From a virus (Duplodnaviria > Caudoviricetes): a stretch of DNA of 64,000 nt. The position numbers were made by a program, and so were the translations under genes. The stretch covers positions 10,839 to 74,838 of IMG/VR virus record IMGVR_UViG_3300015214_000004; one strand, 5' to 3'. Within the stretch, counting starts at the first letter, position 1, and the number at the start of each line of letters is the position of its first letter. Below the pieces are notes generated by a model. It was given only the letters and a program-made list of their open reading frames with translations. It was not told the origin of the DNA and ran no database searches. Below are positions 48,001-57,640 of this stretch, in pieces.

Positions 48001-51000
48001 AGATGGCAGATACCAGATGTTGCCATTAAAAGAAACTGCGCAACCAGGTGTTGAGGCAGCAACGAAGCCGTCTACTGAAAAAGAGGCGGTTTCTGAACCT
48101 TTAAAAACAGAACAAAATGAACCAACAATTAAGCCCACAGAAACTAAAGAAGCTAAAAAGCCTGAACCAAAAGAAGTAACATTTGAGTTTATAGGTGAGC
48201 CAAGAAAAGGTATTATTACGGAACAAGGTGATGGGTTTGTAAAAGTAAAAGATAGCCGGGGAATAAACCATACCATAAAAGAAGGAGATACAAAGTATCG
48301 AAATGTAAAAATGGAAGGGATGGAATTTAAAGAGACGGTTTCTGCTGCTCAAATATTAGATAAAGAAATAGCAAAGACACGTAAAGAAAAACTAACAGAA
48401 AAAGAACAGGAGGTAAAAAATAGACTGGCAGAAAGGTTACAAAAACTTAGCGGAGCTAAATTTATAACCATCGAAGAAAAGTCAAATAATCTGAAAGAAA
48501 TATATGGTGTTATAAATGACCTTGCTGAATTAGGGCTTATTAAAATTGAAAAAGGAATTGATCATGTAATGTCTGAACTAAAAAAATATTTTCCAGATAA
48601 AGATATAGATAAATATAAAACAGACATTGAAGAAAATATATTTGGGAAACAAGAAAAACCAAAAGCAGAAAATTATGATAATGTATTAAAATCTATTGAA
48701 GAAAGAAAAATTGCCGAAAAATCTTTTAGGGAAAAAACAAGGAAAAAAATAAAATCACAATTTAATAAATTGGTGGTTGATAAGTCAGAGAATTTTAGGC
48801 AGAAAATATTGTCAATTGATAAAGAAGAAGGCCAGAGGGCTGTCAACTATTTTAATTTACAGGCAGGGTCATCAAGCAAATCAAAAATGGATTTTGACAA
48901 GGCAAGGCGTAAAATATTTGGAGGAGTTGGGAAAATAATGGACATAAGGGAACAGGAGTTATTGGGAGAATACATAGACAAAAAAAGGATTGTAGAATTA
49001 GATAATCTGTATGACAAAAGAAAACAGGAAAGGTTAAAACATGAAGGTGGTGTTACTGGTGAAGAAGCTCAATTGTTTTTAGATGCTATAAAAAATAAAG
49101 ACCAAAAATTATTAGACAAGTTTAATTTATCAGATGTAGATGCCAAGAAATTAGAAAATGCCGCAAACGAATATTATGATGTGATGCGGAATAATTTAAA
49201 ACGGTTATATGATGAAGGGATTATTTCTGAACAGTCTTATAATAAATTAGCAGAAGAACAACCATTCTATTCAAAGCGAATGTACATAGACCATATAAAC
49301 AGCATAGATGGCAACGGTAAATTAAGTGGTATAGAATCATTAAAAGAGGGAAGTGAATCAAGTAAGGTTGTTGATGTACAGACATTATTGGGCGACAATA
49401 TAACAAGGACAGACCGGATCATATTTGCCAATAGGGCTAAAAAAGCATTGAACGATGTTGCAGTAAAATTCCCTGAAAATGGATATATAGCAGAAGCGGA
49501 ATATTCTAATGAATATTTTAACAAACTGGCAAAGGAACTTGAAAAGCCTGAAAAAGACAGGCAGTTTATAGAACCGTCCTTTAAAGAAGCTCCAAAAGGT
49601 TTTACTATTGTCGAATTTATGGACAATGGCAAAAAGAAAGGTTTCTATTTAGAAAATGAACTGTATAAAGAATATGAATTTAATCCTGACCCTGAATGGC
49701 TTGATTTAACAAAAAACATTATAGGGTGGGCAAGTGGAACAAAATTATTGAAAGCAGGGGCTACTGGGTACAATCCTGAATTCGCCATTAAGAATGTTCC
49801 ATTAGATATGTTGCACATAATGACATCTACCGAGGAGTATTCATCTACATATGCTATTGCCACACCACAGATGTTAAACGATATGCGAAAAGTGTTTAAA
49901 GATGCCTCAACGAGGTCAGGCCGGTTTATTGATTATATGGAGCAAGGTGGTGGAATGGATTATCTTACAACGCAAGGAAGTTTGTCACCAAGAAAATATA
50001 AAAAATATAATAATCTGAACAACGGACTTAAAGCATTGTCGGATGTGGCTTCATATATGGGAAATACCAGTGAGATATTGACACGTTTGGCATTAAGGGA
50101 AAGATATATTGACAATAGGTTAAACGCACTTAAAAAGGAAGGTATTACCCCTACAAAAGAAAATATAAAAGAAATAGAATTTGCGGCAACAGCTTATGCG
50201 AGAAATTATTTAGATTTTGCACAAGGGGGGAAAGCTATAAAACTTATGGATGCCGGGATACCATATCTAAATGCTGGAATACAGGTTACAAGAGGGACTT
50301 TACGGGCGGCGGCGAGAAATAAGAAAGCATTTTGGTACAAGTTTGGTCAATTAGGATTGACCGCAGCAGCAATAACAGCGTATAATATGGGGGTATTTAG
50401 TAGAGGTGACGATGAAGAAAAAAACGAACGTGCCGAATATTATAAAAATGAGATATCTGACAGGAACAAAGCCAATAACTTCATTATAATGACTGGTCTC
50501 AATTATATAGATAAACAAGGAAACAAAAGGTATTTATATATCAAAATACCAAAAGACCAGACACAACAATTAGTGACAGGGCTGTTTGAAGATTTATATT
50601 TAAAATATGTACATGGAGACTCAGAACACCAAATATTAAACGACAGAAGGTTTATGGAGCTGAAAGCATTGACAAAGAATGTTGGTGATGTAGCTGGTAT
50701 GCCTCCAATGATTACTGCTATTACAGGATATAAAAACAATGTGAATTTATTTTATCAAGAAGCAATATGGTATGGAGACGAACTTGGAAAAGACAAGTCA
50801 GAAGAATATTACATAGGAAGAACCCCTGAAAGGTTTATTGAATGGGGAAAATTAACAGGAATGTCACCGGAAAGAACAAGATATGCGACACAACAGTTTA
50901 TTACAGGGTCAAACATGTTTGGGACTATATTGGGTGAAGGTCTTGATTATATGGTTGCCGATTTGGATAAAGAAATAAAAACAGAATTAAATAAAACAAC

Positions 51001-51481
51001 ATCGGAGAAAGTAAAGAATATGCCGTTTGCCAGGAGGTTTATAGGGGAAACAAGCCCTTATTCAAGAGAATCATCAGCAAAAACAGCGCAACAAGAAATA
51101 AACAGAGAGCAGACAAAGAATGACCATGAACTTGATAGAATATTATTAAGTGATTCAAAACCAGATGATATAGTTGATTTTATTGTAAAACAAGAACCTT
51201 ATGAAGCTAAAAGGCTTGTTGATAGATATTTTGACAAGTTAAAATTAGAAGGGGTCAACAAACAGGTAAAAGATTTAATGTTTTATCCCCCGGAAGCAAG
51301 AGCAAAAGGTTTTTATGATATGATAAAAAATAAACCAGACAAAGAAGTGCAAAAGATAATGTCTGATGCTGTAAGGATAGGCGGTATAATAACAGAAGGA
51401 AGATTTATGGAAGAACTTATTAAGTTAAGTTTAGAGGACGGGAAGAAGATACAAGAAATCAAAGCAATAAAAAACAAATAA
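45041..51481 (+). CDS. Large polyvalent cargo protein (GNAT-like and LPD38-like regions)
   Basis: 2146 aa; WIEIDPDKRDHGNGK (GNAT R/Q-x-x-G-x-G-like); ATGYNPEF...N, DF..GG, IPYLNA.IQ of LPD38-like C-termini. Confidence 0.6.
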   Translation: MPNNQIYNFLKENGLTEKSETDFINEYSNPNKANELYLFFKENNLTQKNSDEFYNEYLKKKEDGFRTVAEKGATQKELEKNIGAEFEKPIEILEAESNILTAKNKDLNFVKRATEPDKYPSLQTEDGKEKTHKLEWGDDGVGNYYVYPTIIQDKKTGELKELNSKDAFNYAMESGEYIKTDSPQTAEYYKNNGLLNREQLPEQSDTSEGFRTIHEKINAPNVNDKIEATDIPEYITTIKNKYKEYESGEFQKKAEKGEIDKPPKIEGDIKIMDDKQIPLSAEVFDYEDKSKQKPGSSLEYILEKGYNQSMIGLADAIHNKNYRINPEYLEKYDANTLENTLATAFGFILDAPFFWMGGKAGSTAAKPIVNKIVNNGTQKLVNSGIERKVAEQIAKKSMAKLTGAINSMASSGVALGSYGFTMGAMEQWADPENDFKDIEWSQALARGGKDFLLGTSVGLIGSQFANLGKAAQRIESPITRKTIQTALVPTAITAENTVFIYGGALLDGRKLSDVTAKEFLEGELLLGVLKAKEPIKFAKDFKRSLKYENEKAGKGIYEIDLTQSELNDLKYKNYDEAITDLSKNDAKLTEVFKDKDIPAITKAKLLWGSRGIKWEKNFYADYTYAEGNEVKTFNKEGVLLDKEAFTSKEEANSIAMERQSMIENSKKLQQAASLTESDKAKVINNISVEAEPLNDALRKSPQQRTAEERKMVSDFNKEVDKIIVDAQKKGLYEPIPELRLSDETLYTLNKIEDKEPVINQRIKDAANELFREYQRIGKLKEIPGRKNTIEQLNESRAFLEKEITRLDNMVKEQENTRKFVKDDMNETFNKQEKPKEIKKDEIKFEEKTEVKGVEKPVDIIRKPDAKTETLKEELVQFGDEMPAKKSMVNFLKSDPENTFTTPIVKNGEKIGDITIDKKDKTWDVKWIEIDPDKRDHGNGKDTYRKMNELAQKEGKVLQSDTKPKLNTETAGYVWESLVKSKEAIKTEDGRYQMLPLKETAQPGVEAATKPSTEKEAVSEPLKTEQNEPTIKPTETKEAKKPEPKEVTFEFIGEPRKGIITEQGDGFVKVKDSRGINHTIKEGDTKYRNVKMEGMEFKETVSAAQILDKEIAKTRKEKLTEKEQEVKNRLAERLQKLSGAKFITIEEKSNNLKEIYGVINDLAELGLIKIEKGIDHVMSELKKYFPDKDIDKYKTDIEENIFGKQEKPKAENYDNVLKSIEERKIAEKSFREKTRKKIKSQFNKLVVDKSENFRQKILSIDKEEGQRAVNYFNLQAGSSSKSKMDFDKARRKIFGGVGKIMDIREQELLGEYIDKKRIVELDNLYDKRKQERLKHEGGVTGEEAQLFLDAIKNKDQKLLDKFNLSDVDAKKLENAANEYYDVMRNNLKRLYDEGIISEQSYNKLAEEQPFYSKRMYIDHINSIDGNGKLSGIESLKEGSESSKVVDVQTLLGDNITRTDRIIFANRAKKALNDVAVKFPENGYIAEAEYSNEYFNKLAKELEKPEKDRQFIEPSFKEAPKGFTIVEFMDNGKKKGFYLENELYKEYEFNPDPEWLDLTKNIIGWASGTKLLKAGATGYNPEFAIKNVPLDMLHIMTSTEEYSSTYAIATPQMLNDMRKVFKDASTRSGRFIDYMEQGGGMDYLTTQGSLSPRKYKKYNNLNNGLKALSDVASYMGNTSEILTRLALRERYIDNRLNALKKEGITPTKENIKEIEFAATAYARNYLDFAQGGKAIKLMDAGIPYLNAGIQVTRGTLRAAARNKKAFWYKFGQLGLTAAAITAYNMGVFSRGDDEEKNERAEYYKNEISDRNKANNFIIMTGLNYIDKQGNKRYLYIKIPKDQTQQLVTGLFEDLYLKYVHGDSEHQILNDRRFMELKALTKNVGDVAGMPPMITAITGYKNNVNLFYQEAIWYGDELGKDKSEEYYIGRTPERFIEWGKLTGMSPERTRYATQQFITGSNMFGTILGEGLDYMVADLDKEIKTELNKTTSEKVKNMPFARRFIGETSPYSRESSAKTAQQEINREQTKNDHELDRILLSDSKPDDIVDFIVKQEPYEAKRLVDRYFDKLKLEGVNKQVKDLMFYPPEARAKGFYDMIKNKPDKEVQKIMSDAVRIGGIITEGRFMEELIKLSLEDGKKIQEIKAIKNK

Positions 51482-51513
51482 ATATATTTAGTAAATTTGA
51501 AAAAACAAAAGAC

Positions 51514-51990
51514 ATGAAAAAGATAGCGTTTTTAATAGGTTTTATGGTCACAATGATGTCCTTTGGGCAGTTTTCAGCGCCAAGGTTACATTATTATAAA
51601 GAAATAATAATTGACAGCGTATCCGGCACAGACAGTATATATGTTTACGAAGACGACAATGAAAGGACGCCTTTTAAAATAAAAAGCGGCTATGTCGGTA
51701 TCATTGTAGAATATTATTCAGTAGATGACAATGATGCAACATTTGATATAGGCGTATCAAATGGATATTCATTTAATTCTATTGACACGGCAAAACTTCC
51801 ATTATTGTTAGATTTACAAAATGACAGCGCAAGCGTAAATGGTGTTTTAAAAGGAAATACAGCAGGGGTAACAGCAACAAAAACATGGAAATCAGATTAT
51901 CCTGTACCGTATGAAAATTTAGCCTTTAAACTGATATTGAACAGCGTGTCTTCTGGAACAGTAAAACTTTGGATATATGGTTATGAATAA
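51514..51990 (+). CDS. Signal-peptide-bearing small beta protein (fibre/tail accessory position)
   Basis: MKKIAFLIGFMVTMMSFG-Q signal peptide; 4 D[ST][AILVMT] sequons. Confidence 0.65.
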   Translation: MKKIAFLIGFMVTMMSFGQFSAPRLHYYKEIIIDSVSGTDSIYVYEDDNERTPFKIKSGYVGIIVEYYSVDDNDATFDIGVSNGYSFNSIDTAKLPLLLDLQNDSASVNGVLKGNTAGVTATKTWKSDYPVPYENLAFKLILNSVSSGTVKLWIYGYE

Positions 51991-54900
51991 GATCAAATCA
52001 TTAATAATATTATTGTTTACGTCATGTATCTTGGTTAATTCTCAGGTACAAGACGTTTATAAGAATTATTCATATGACAATTACACGTATTGGATAGGAA
52101 GGAGTTCGAGTAAGTTGGCAGAATTTGAACCAAACATGGTACAATTGGCCAATTATTATTGTATTTACCTTATAGCGAATTATAATTCGGACACAGCAAC
52201 AGCAGATAGTGCAAGGGCTATAATAAATGCTATATGGAACTCTAATTATTCAAGCACGGAAATACCATCATTTCCTAATTTTAATACGTTGTATCAAAAT
52301 GTATTAGATTCCATATCAAATAGCGCTGTGGATAGTTTAGTAACGACTGGATTGGCATCAGCAGACACATTACAATATTATTATTTGATAACAGTGGTAA
52401 ATGACAGTCTTTCTGCAATAAGGGGTGATTTAGTCGGTGTTGTTACAGCCATGAACGATTATGTTTTAACATCGGTATTTACATCTACGCTTACAGACAG
52501 TATGGCCGATATTAGGTCAGAATTATTATCAATAACAAATTCATTAAGCAATTACGTAACAAATACTGTTTTATCTGATAGTTTAGCTTATTATGATGCA
52601 AAAGCACAAGCGTATGTTGATGATACCTTGCCGTCATATACACTATTGTCGGTATTTTTGGACAGTGTTGGTGATTTAAGAGGGGATATATCCTTGTTTG
52701 TACCATCAACCGAATTGACAGATACATTAGCTTATTATTGGACAGGGGTGCGAACAAACGACAGTATAAACGCAAAGATAGCCAGGGACGGGGGGGGAAA
52801 CATTGATGATACATTGTCTTATTATTATTTAGGGGAAAGGGTTGATGACAGTATAGCGGCAGCAATAGCAGCGCTGACATATTTGGATTATACCGGGACA
52901 CCGGCGCAATATTATATTCCTTTTATGTCAGATTTAAATACGATACAAACAAATTCACAATTCAGGTTTACTGGAAATACAAGATTAGTAGATGCGATAT
53001 ATTTAGGGACAAGTGACCCTAACAATTCAACAAGGATAAACTGGAACTACCATGTTTATGCATATGAGATAAATTCTATAAATGGCCTAAATGTATATTA
53101 TCCATTAGGCGCATCTGGAAGCCCGATAGAAATAACAACCCCGTCTTTAACAGCGACACAAAACGACCCGTATATAAGCATATCAAGGGTTCAAAACTAT
53201 GGCAGTAGAAGTTTATTGGGAGATATAATATATGTTGATGATAGCCCTATAACAGTCGGAACAAAGGGGGGGGCAATATTAAGGACGCTGGTAGATGAAA
53301 ATCTCCGTACATTAATTGACCCAAGAGGATATTATGGTGTATCATTTCACCAATGGGGCACATCTATTGATATAGGGACTGATGACCACACGGTATGGGT
53401 AAACCTCAATGATACTATTATGAGGCTTGACACAACCGGATTATATGTTGACAATTTATTTGTTGACGGGACAGATATTGTAGATTTTATTGTAGAACAA
53501 TCGGCAGTTGACAGTACATGGGACATAATAACAATCAATGAAGGGATATTGTTAAATTCAGGTGACACATTAAAAGACATGTACCATTTGAATGACAGTG
53601 TAATGGCTGTTTTAAATAGCGATACAGTATGTGTTTCAGGGTGCAATTCCTTGTTTATGATTTCTTCGTCCGGGGATACCTTAAAAGGAGTGGACTGTAT
53701 TGATGTAAACTGTGATTCGGCTTATGTGCTTATCAATAACAGGACATTAAAAATAACAACAGTCACCCCCGGATATTTACCAACAGGTAATGAAAGTGCC
53801 TTTGACGGATGGGACAAGGATGCGTCAAACGACTTTGATGGGGACTATAATTCACTGACAAACCAGCCGAATTTTGAAGATTCGGTTTTGCTATATGAAG
53901 ATGATTCTACATTTTTAAAAAGCGTAGCCTATTTAATTGATGCGGCAGATACAACGGCATGGAATGCAGAGATTGGAAGTATTTCAGAAGTAGTTGAAGA
54001 TTTAACACCGACATTGGGGGGGGATTTGACAATTGATGGGTATGATTTTGTTGGAAATGCACAGATAACAGGTAATTTAACCGTACAAGGGAATACCTAT
54101 TTAAACACATCATCTACTGACAGTACAACAATATATGGAAAACTTACAATTATAGATGGTATAAACCGGTTGATAGCAGGTAGCGGGGGGATAACATTTT
54201 CAAATGGTAACACATTGGTATCGGTATATCCGTTGAATGATTCTGTAATGGCCGTTGTAGGGACAGATACAATATGTATATCAGGATGTATTGGGTTAAC
54301 GGAAGAAAGCGACCCGGTTTATGCAGCCGATTCTGCCAATTTGGTTGATAGAAATGAACTTACAGACACGGCCACGGCAATTAGGTCAGATATCCCAGAC
54401 ATATCCTCATTAGCTACACAAAGCGCATTGGAAGATACTGCGGCTGCAATAAGGGCGGATATTGGAACTGGAAGTGGGACGGGAGAGACAGATTCAATAG
54501 GTGTAGTTTTGGATGTTGACCTGACAGCAGGGACAACAACGAGCATAAACACGAATCAAAGCGATGCTGTGCCAAAAGTTGTTTCAATCCAAGATACGTC
54601 AAACAACGAACTGGCAGATGATTTATTTGTAGTAGGGTACACGTTGAACACTACATGGTATATCAATATTTATAGTTCAACTGCTTATGACAGCCTTACT
54701 GTTTATTATTTAAAAAATGACCTTGATTATTTAGGTGGAAGTTCGACAACAACCTATGATACAGTAGGGATAAATGATTCGTTAAGGATTGGTGCTACAT
54801 GGTTTACAAGTGATGATATTGGTTCTGGTGGCGGTTCAGGCAATATAACAAGCGCAGTTACACAAAATTTATCTACACAAATAAATAATGGGATATTGCA

Positions 54901-55678
54901 TGTTCGAGGTGATAGTTTATCCACAACCGACAGTTTAAAATGGGAAGATGGTGGATTAAATATAACAGGTAATATATCAATATCAAACGATGCGTTGATA
55001 GGAGACCAAATAAAATATGATAATTTACCATTTCCAAAATTATATTTTACAGATTTTGGTAATGAAGATACTATAATTACATTTGATTTCCGATCAGCAA
55101 AAGCATGGTTATTAAAACATGGAGATAAATTTACCATTGCCTCAGATGAAAGCCATATATCACCAACATTATATAATGTATTATGTCAATTTTGGCACAG
55201 GCCTGATGGATTATTTGATTTTCAACTATATAATCCAAATAAAACAGGAGTGGCTATTAGGTCAAGTGCAGATGATTCGACTATATATTTAAATGCAATT
55301 AATGGAATTGATTTAACTGGACAAGTAACTATTAATAGTTATCTAACAGTTGATGGAAATACAACATTTAACGGAGACAGTAATATTTATTCAGGATATA
55401 TCAGAACCGATTCTGTGATAACACTAACTCAAACTTACGCTGACTACGTATTCCAAGAAGGATATAACACCTCTACATTTGAACAAGACTTAAACTATGC
55501 TTTAGAAAACAAAACCCTTCCCGCCTTACAGGTTAAGAATGGAAACATGGGAAGAAGGATAGAAAGCACGGTAGAACAACTTGAAAGGCTATATCTTCAA
55601 ATGGCAAAAGAACTTGAAAAGCGGGATGAAGAAATAGAACTTTTAAAACAGGAAATTGAACTTTTAAAAAACAGATAA
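51983..55678 (+). CDS. Signal-peptide-bearing fibre protein with a C-terminal chaperone-like (S74-like) coiled-coil domain
   Basis: MNKIKSLIILLFTSCILVNS-Q; internal repeats; ADYVF...Y...LP...VEQLERLYLQM tail. Confidence 0.65.
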   Translation: MNKIKSLIILLFTSCILVNSQVQDVYKNYSYDNYTYWIGRSSSKLAEFEPNMVQLANYYCIYLIANYNSDTATADSARAIINAIWNSNYSSTEIPSFPNFNTLYQNVLDSISNSAVDSLVTTGLASADTLQYYYLITVVNDSLSAIRGDLVGVVTAMNDYVLTSVFTSTLTDSMADIRSELLSITNSLSNYVTNTVLSDSLAYYDAKAQAYVDDTLPSYTLLSVFLDSVGDLRGDISLFVPSTELTDTLAYYWTGVRTNDSINAKIARDGGGNIDDTLSYYYLGERVDDSIAAAIAALTYLDYTGTPAQYYIPFMSDLNTIQTNSQFRFTGNTRLVDAIYLGTSDPNNSTRINWNYHVYAYEINSINGLNVYYPLGASGSPIEITTPSLTATQNDPYISISRVQNYGSRSLLGDIIYVDDSPITVGTKGGAILRTLVDENLRTLIDPRGYYGVSFHQWGTSIDIGTDDHTVWVNLNDTIMRLDTTGLYVDNLFVDGTDIVDFIVEQSAVDSTWDIITINEGILLNSGDTLKDMYHLNDSVMAVLNSDTVCVSGCNSLFMISSSGDTLKGVDCIDVNCDSAYVLINNRTLKITTVTPGYLPTGNESAFDGWDKDASNDFDGDYNSLTNQPNFEDSVLLYEDDSTFLKSVAYLIDAADTTAWNAEIGSISEVVEDLTPTLGGDLTIDGYDFVGNAQITGNLTVQGNTYLNTSSTDSTTIYGKLTIIDGINRLIAGSGGITFSNGNTLVSVYPLNDSVMAVVGTDTICISGCIGLTEESDPVYAADSANLVDRNELTDTATAIRSDIPDISSLATQSALEDTAAAIRADIGTGSGTGETDSIGVVLDVDLTAGTTTSINTNQSDAVPKVVSIQDTSNNELADDLFVVGYTLNTTWYINIYSSTAYDSLTVYYLKNDLDYLGGSSTTTYDTVGINDSLRIGATWFTSDDIGSGGGSGNITSAVTQNLSTQINNGILHVRGDSLSTTDSLKWEDGGLNITGNISISNDALIGDQIKYDNLPFPKLYFTDFGNEDTIITFDFRSAKAWLLKHGDKFTIASDESHISPTLYNVLCQFWHRPDGLFDFQLYNPNKTGVAIRSSADDSTIYLNAINGIDLTGQVTINSYLTVDGNTTFNGDSNIYSGYIRTDSVITLTQTYADYVFQEGYNTSTFEQDLNYALENKTLPALQVKNGNMGRRIESTVEQLERLYLQMAKELEKRDEEIELLKQEIELLKNR

Positions 55679-57639
55679 TGAAAAACATCATAACCATATT
55701 ATTGCTATTAATAAGCAGTTTTGTTTTTTCACAGGACAGGTCACAGGGATGGAAGCCGGAGGAAAAGAAGTTTTATTTTAAAGACAGCTTAAAAATTGAC
55801 GGATATATCATATTCAAGGACGGAGATACAGCTACAATTGTTAAAGTAAATGATTCAATTTGTGTTGTTATTAATGGCGACACTGTCAGGATAGATGGAA
55901 GCGGCAGCATAGATAATGAAACCGACCCTATTTTTACATCAACCGGTGCAACCCAAAGCGCTTTAGAAGACACGGCAAGCGCATTGAGAAGCGCAATAGT
56001 GACAGGCGGTGGCATTGAATCAGACCCCGTGTTCACCGCAAGTGATGCGTTTAACATAACATCAACAGATATAACAAATCTGGGATACCTTTCAGGGACA
56101 AACACCGGTGACCAGGATACGGCATTTATATATGCAAGGATGGATTCTATTATTTATGTATTAAACGACACAATATCAGCAGACAGTATACTTGTATTGA
56201 AAAGAGATACTTTGCAAAATGGTTTAATATGGACGCAAAGACAGATTGATAGTGCGATTACTGCAAATGCAATAACACAGGAGCTAATTGAAGACTATGT
56301 AGGGGCAATGGTGAGTGGCAATACAGAAACAAACATCACCGTTACATATCAAGATGCAGATGGCACATTGGATTTTGTTGCAGAGGCATCAGGGGGAAGT
56401 GGCGGGGCAAGTTCTGATACAGTATTTACAGCATCAAATGACACCGTGACAGCCCCACGTGCAATTAACAGATATCCATTTTATCAAACTAAACAATCAG
56501 TTGATTCGATGTTCATCGATACAACAGGAATGAACAAAAATGCTGTGATAAAACTATCTGTTGTTGACACTACCGGGACTGATTCAATAGTGTTTTACTC
56601 TCAAATACCAATCCGGTTTAAAAACAGCACAGATACTTTTAATAATACGCAAAATGTGTATCATGATTATTGGTTCAACCTCACAGGAACCGGAGCAAGG
56701 TGGAAATGGTTAGGGGAACTAATGGACACCATGTACATAGCAAGTGCCGGTGATGTGACAGCTCCTACATTTGTTAGTGCCGAAATTGGCACATATAATG
56801 ATAGTATTGTTGTTGTCATATTTAGTGAAAACCTACACCAAGATTCGATTCCTTCGAAAGATCAGTTTGGTGTGTCAGAAGGAGGAACAACAATGGGGAT
56901 AGCTGAAATTACTATAAATGCAGATACTTTGTTTATCGCATTGGACAGTGTAGGACATAATGGGCTTACATATACAATGAGTTATACACATACAATTGGT
57001 GATACAGCAATACAGGATAGTTCTTATAATCAAGTCGCTAATTTTGCTGATTCTGCAATCACAAATAATATTTCAAGTGGAAGCATTACATGGCTTTATG
57101 AAGATAATTTTGATTCGTATACAGATGGTGCTTTGGTTGGTCAAGGCAATTGGATTTCAGGTACATTAGGAGCGATAGTTGCTGGTGACCCCGACAACTA
57201 TGTGTATGGGAACACTGGTCTTACGCTGTCATGTGTGATATATAATCAATCATTAAACAATGATCAAAGGGCAGGCATCACAGTTCAATCAATGTCATCA
57301 ACCGGGTTTGTTGGAGCGGGTGTTAGAATAACTGGTTCTGGTGCTACATTAGACGGATATGGTTTCTTTGGCAACAACTCATTGTCACGTATATTTAGAA
57401 TTGATGATGGTGTAAGGACAAATATATCACAAGGAGCAGCATTTTCACCAGGTGATGTTTTGTGGTTGGAAGCAGAAGGAACAACAATTACCCTTTACAG
57501 AAATGGAGTAGTTGACGCAACTCATGATAACAACGGGTTCACAGATGCAAATTATAGTTCAGGACAAGCAGGATTGATGTTGTATGATTCACAACAAACA
57601 TCTAACTGTGATGATTGGAGAGCTGGTAATATTGAATAG
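55678..57639 (+). CDS. Signal-peptide-bearing fibre protein with a C-terminal beta-sandwich (lectin-like) domain
   Basis: MKNIITILLLLISSFVFS-Q; ETDP/ESDP repeats; beta-rich C-terminus. Confidence 0.65.
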   Translation: MKNIITILLLLISSFVFSQDRSQGWKPEEKKFYFKDSLKIDGYIIFKDGDTATIVKVNDSICVVINGDTVRIDGSGSIDNETDPIFTSTGATQSALEDTASALRSAIVTGGGIESDPVFTASDAFNITSTDITNLGYLSGTNTGDQDTAFIYARMDSIIYVLNDTISADSILVLKRDTLQNGLIWTQRQIDSAITANAITQELIEDYVGAMVSGNTETNITVTYQDADGTLDFVAEASGGSGGASSDTVFTASNDTVTAPRAINRYPFYQTKQSVDSMFIDTTGMNKNAVIKLSVVDTTGTDSIVFYSQIPIRFKNSTDTFNNTQNVYHDYWFNLTGTGARWKWLGELMDTMYIASAGDVTAPTFVSAEIGTYNDSIVVVIFSENLHQDSIPSKDQFGVSEGGTTMGIAEITINADTLFIALDSVGHNGLTYTMSYTHTIGDTAIQDSSYNQVANFADSAITNNISSGSITWLYEDNFDSYTDGALVGQGNWISGTLGAIVAGDPDNYVYGNTGLTLSCVIYNQSLNNDQRAGITVQSMSSTGFVGAGVRITGSGATLDGYGFFGNNSLSRIFRIDDGVRTNISQGAAFSPGDVLWLEAEGTTITLYRNGVVDATHDNNGFTDANYSSGQAGLMLYDSQQTSNCDDWRAGNIE

Positions 57640-57640
57640 T

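Noticed and set aside
45041-51481. Virion RNA polymerase
   Set aside because: No DxDxD catalytic motif seen; the recognisable regions are GNAT-like and LPD38-like.
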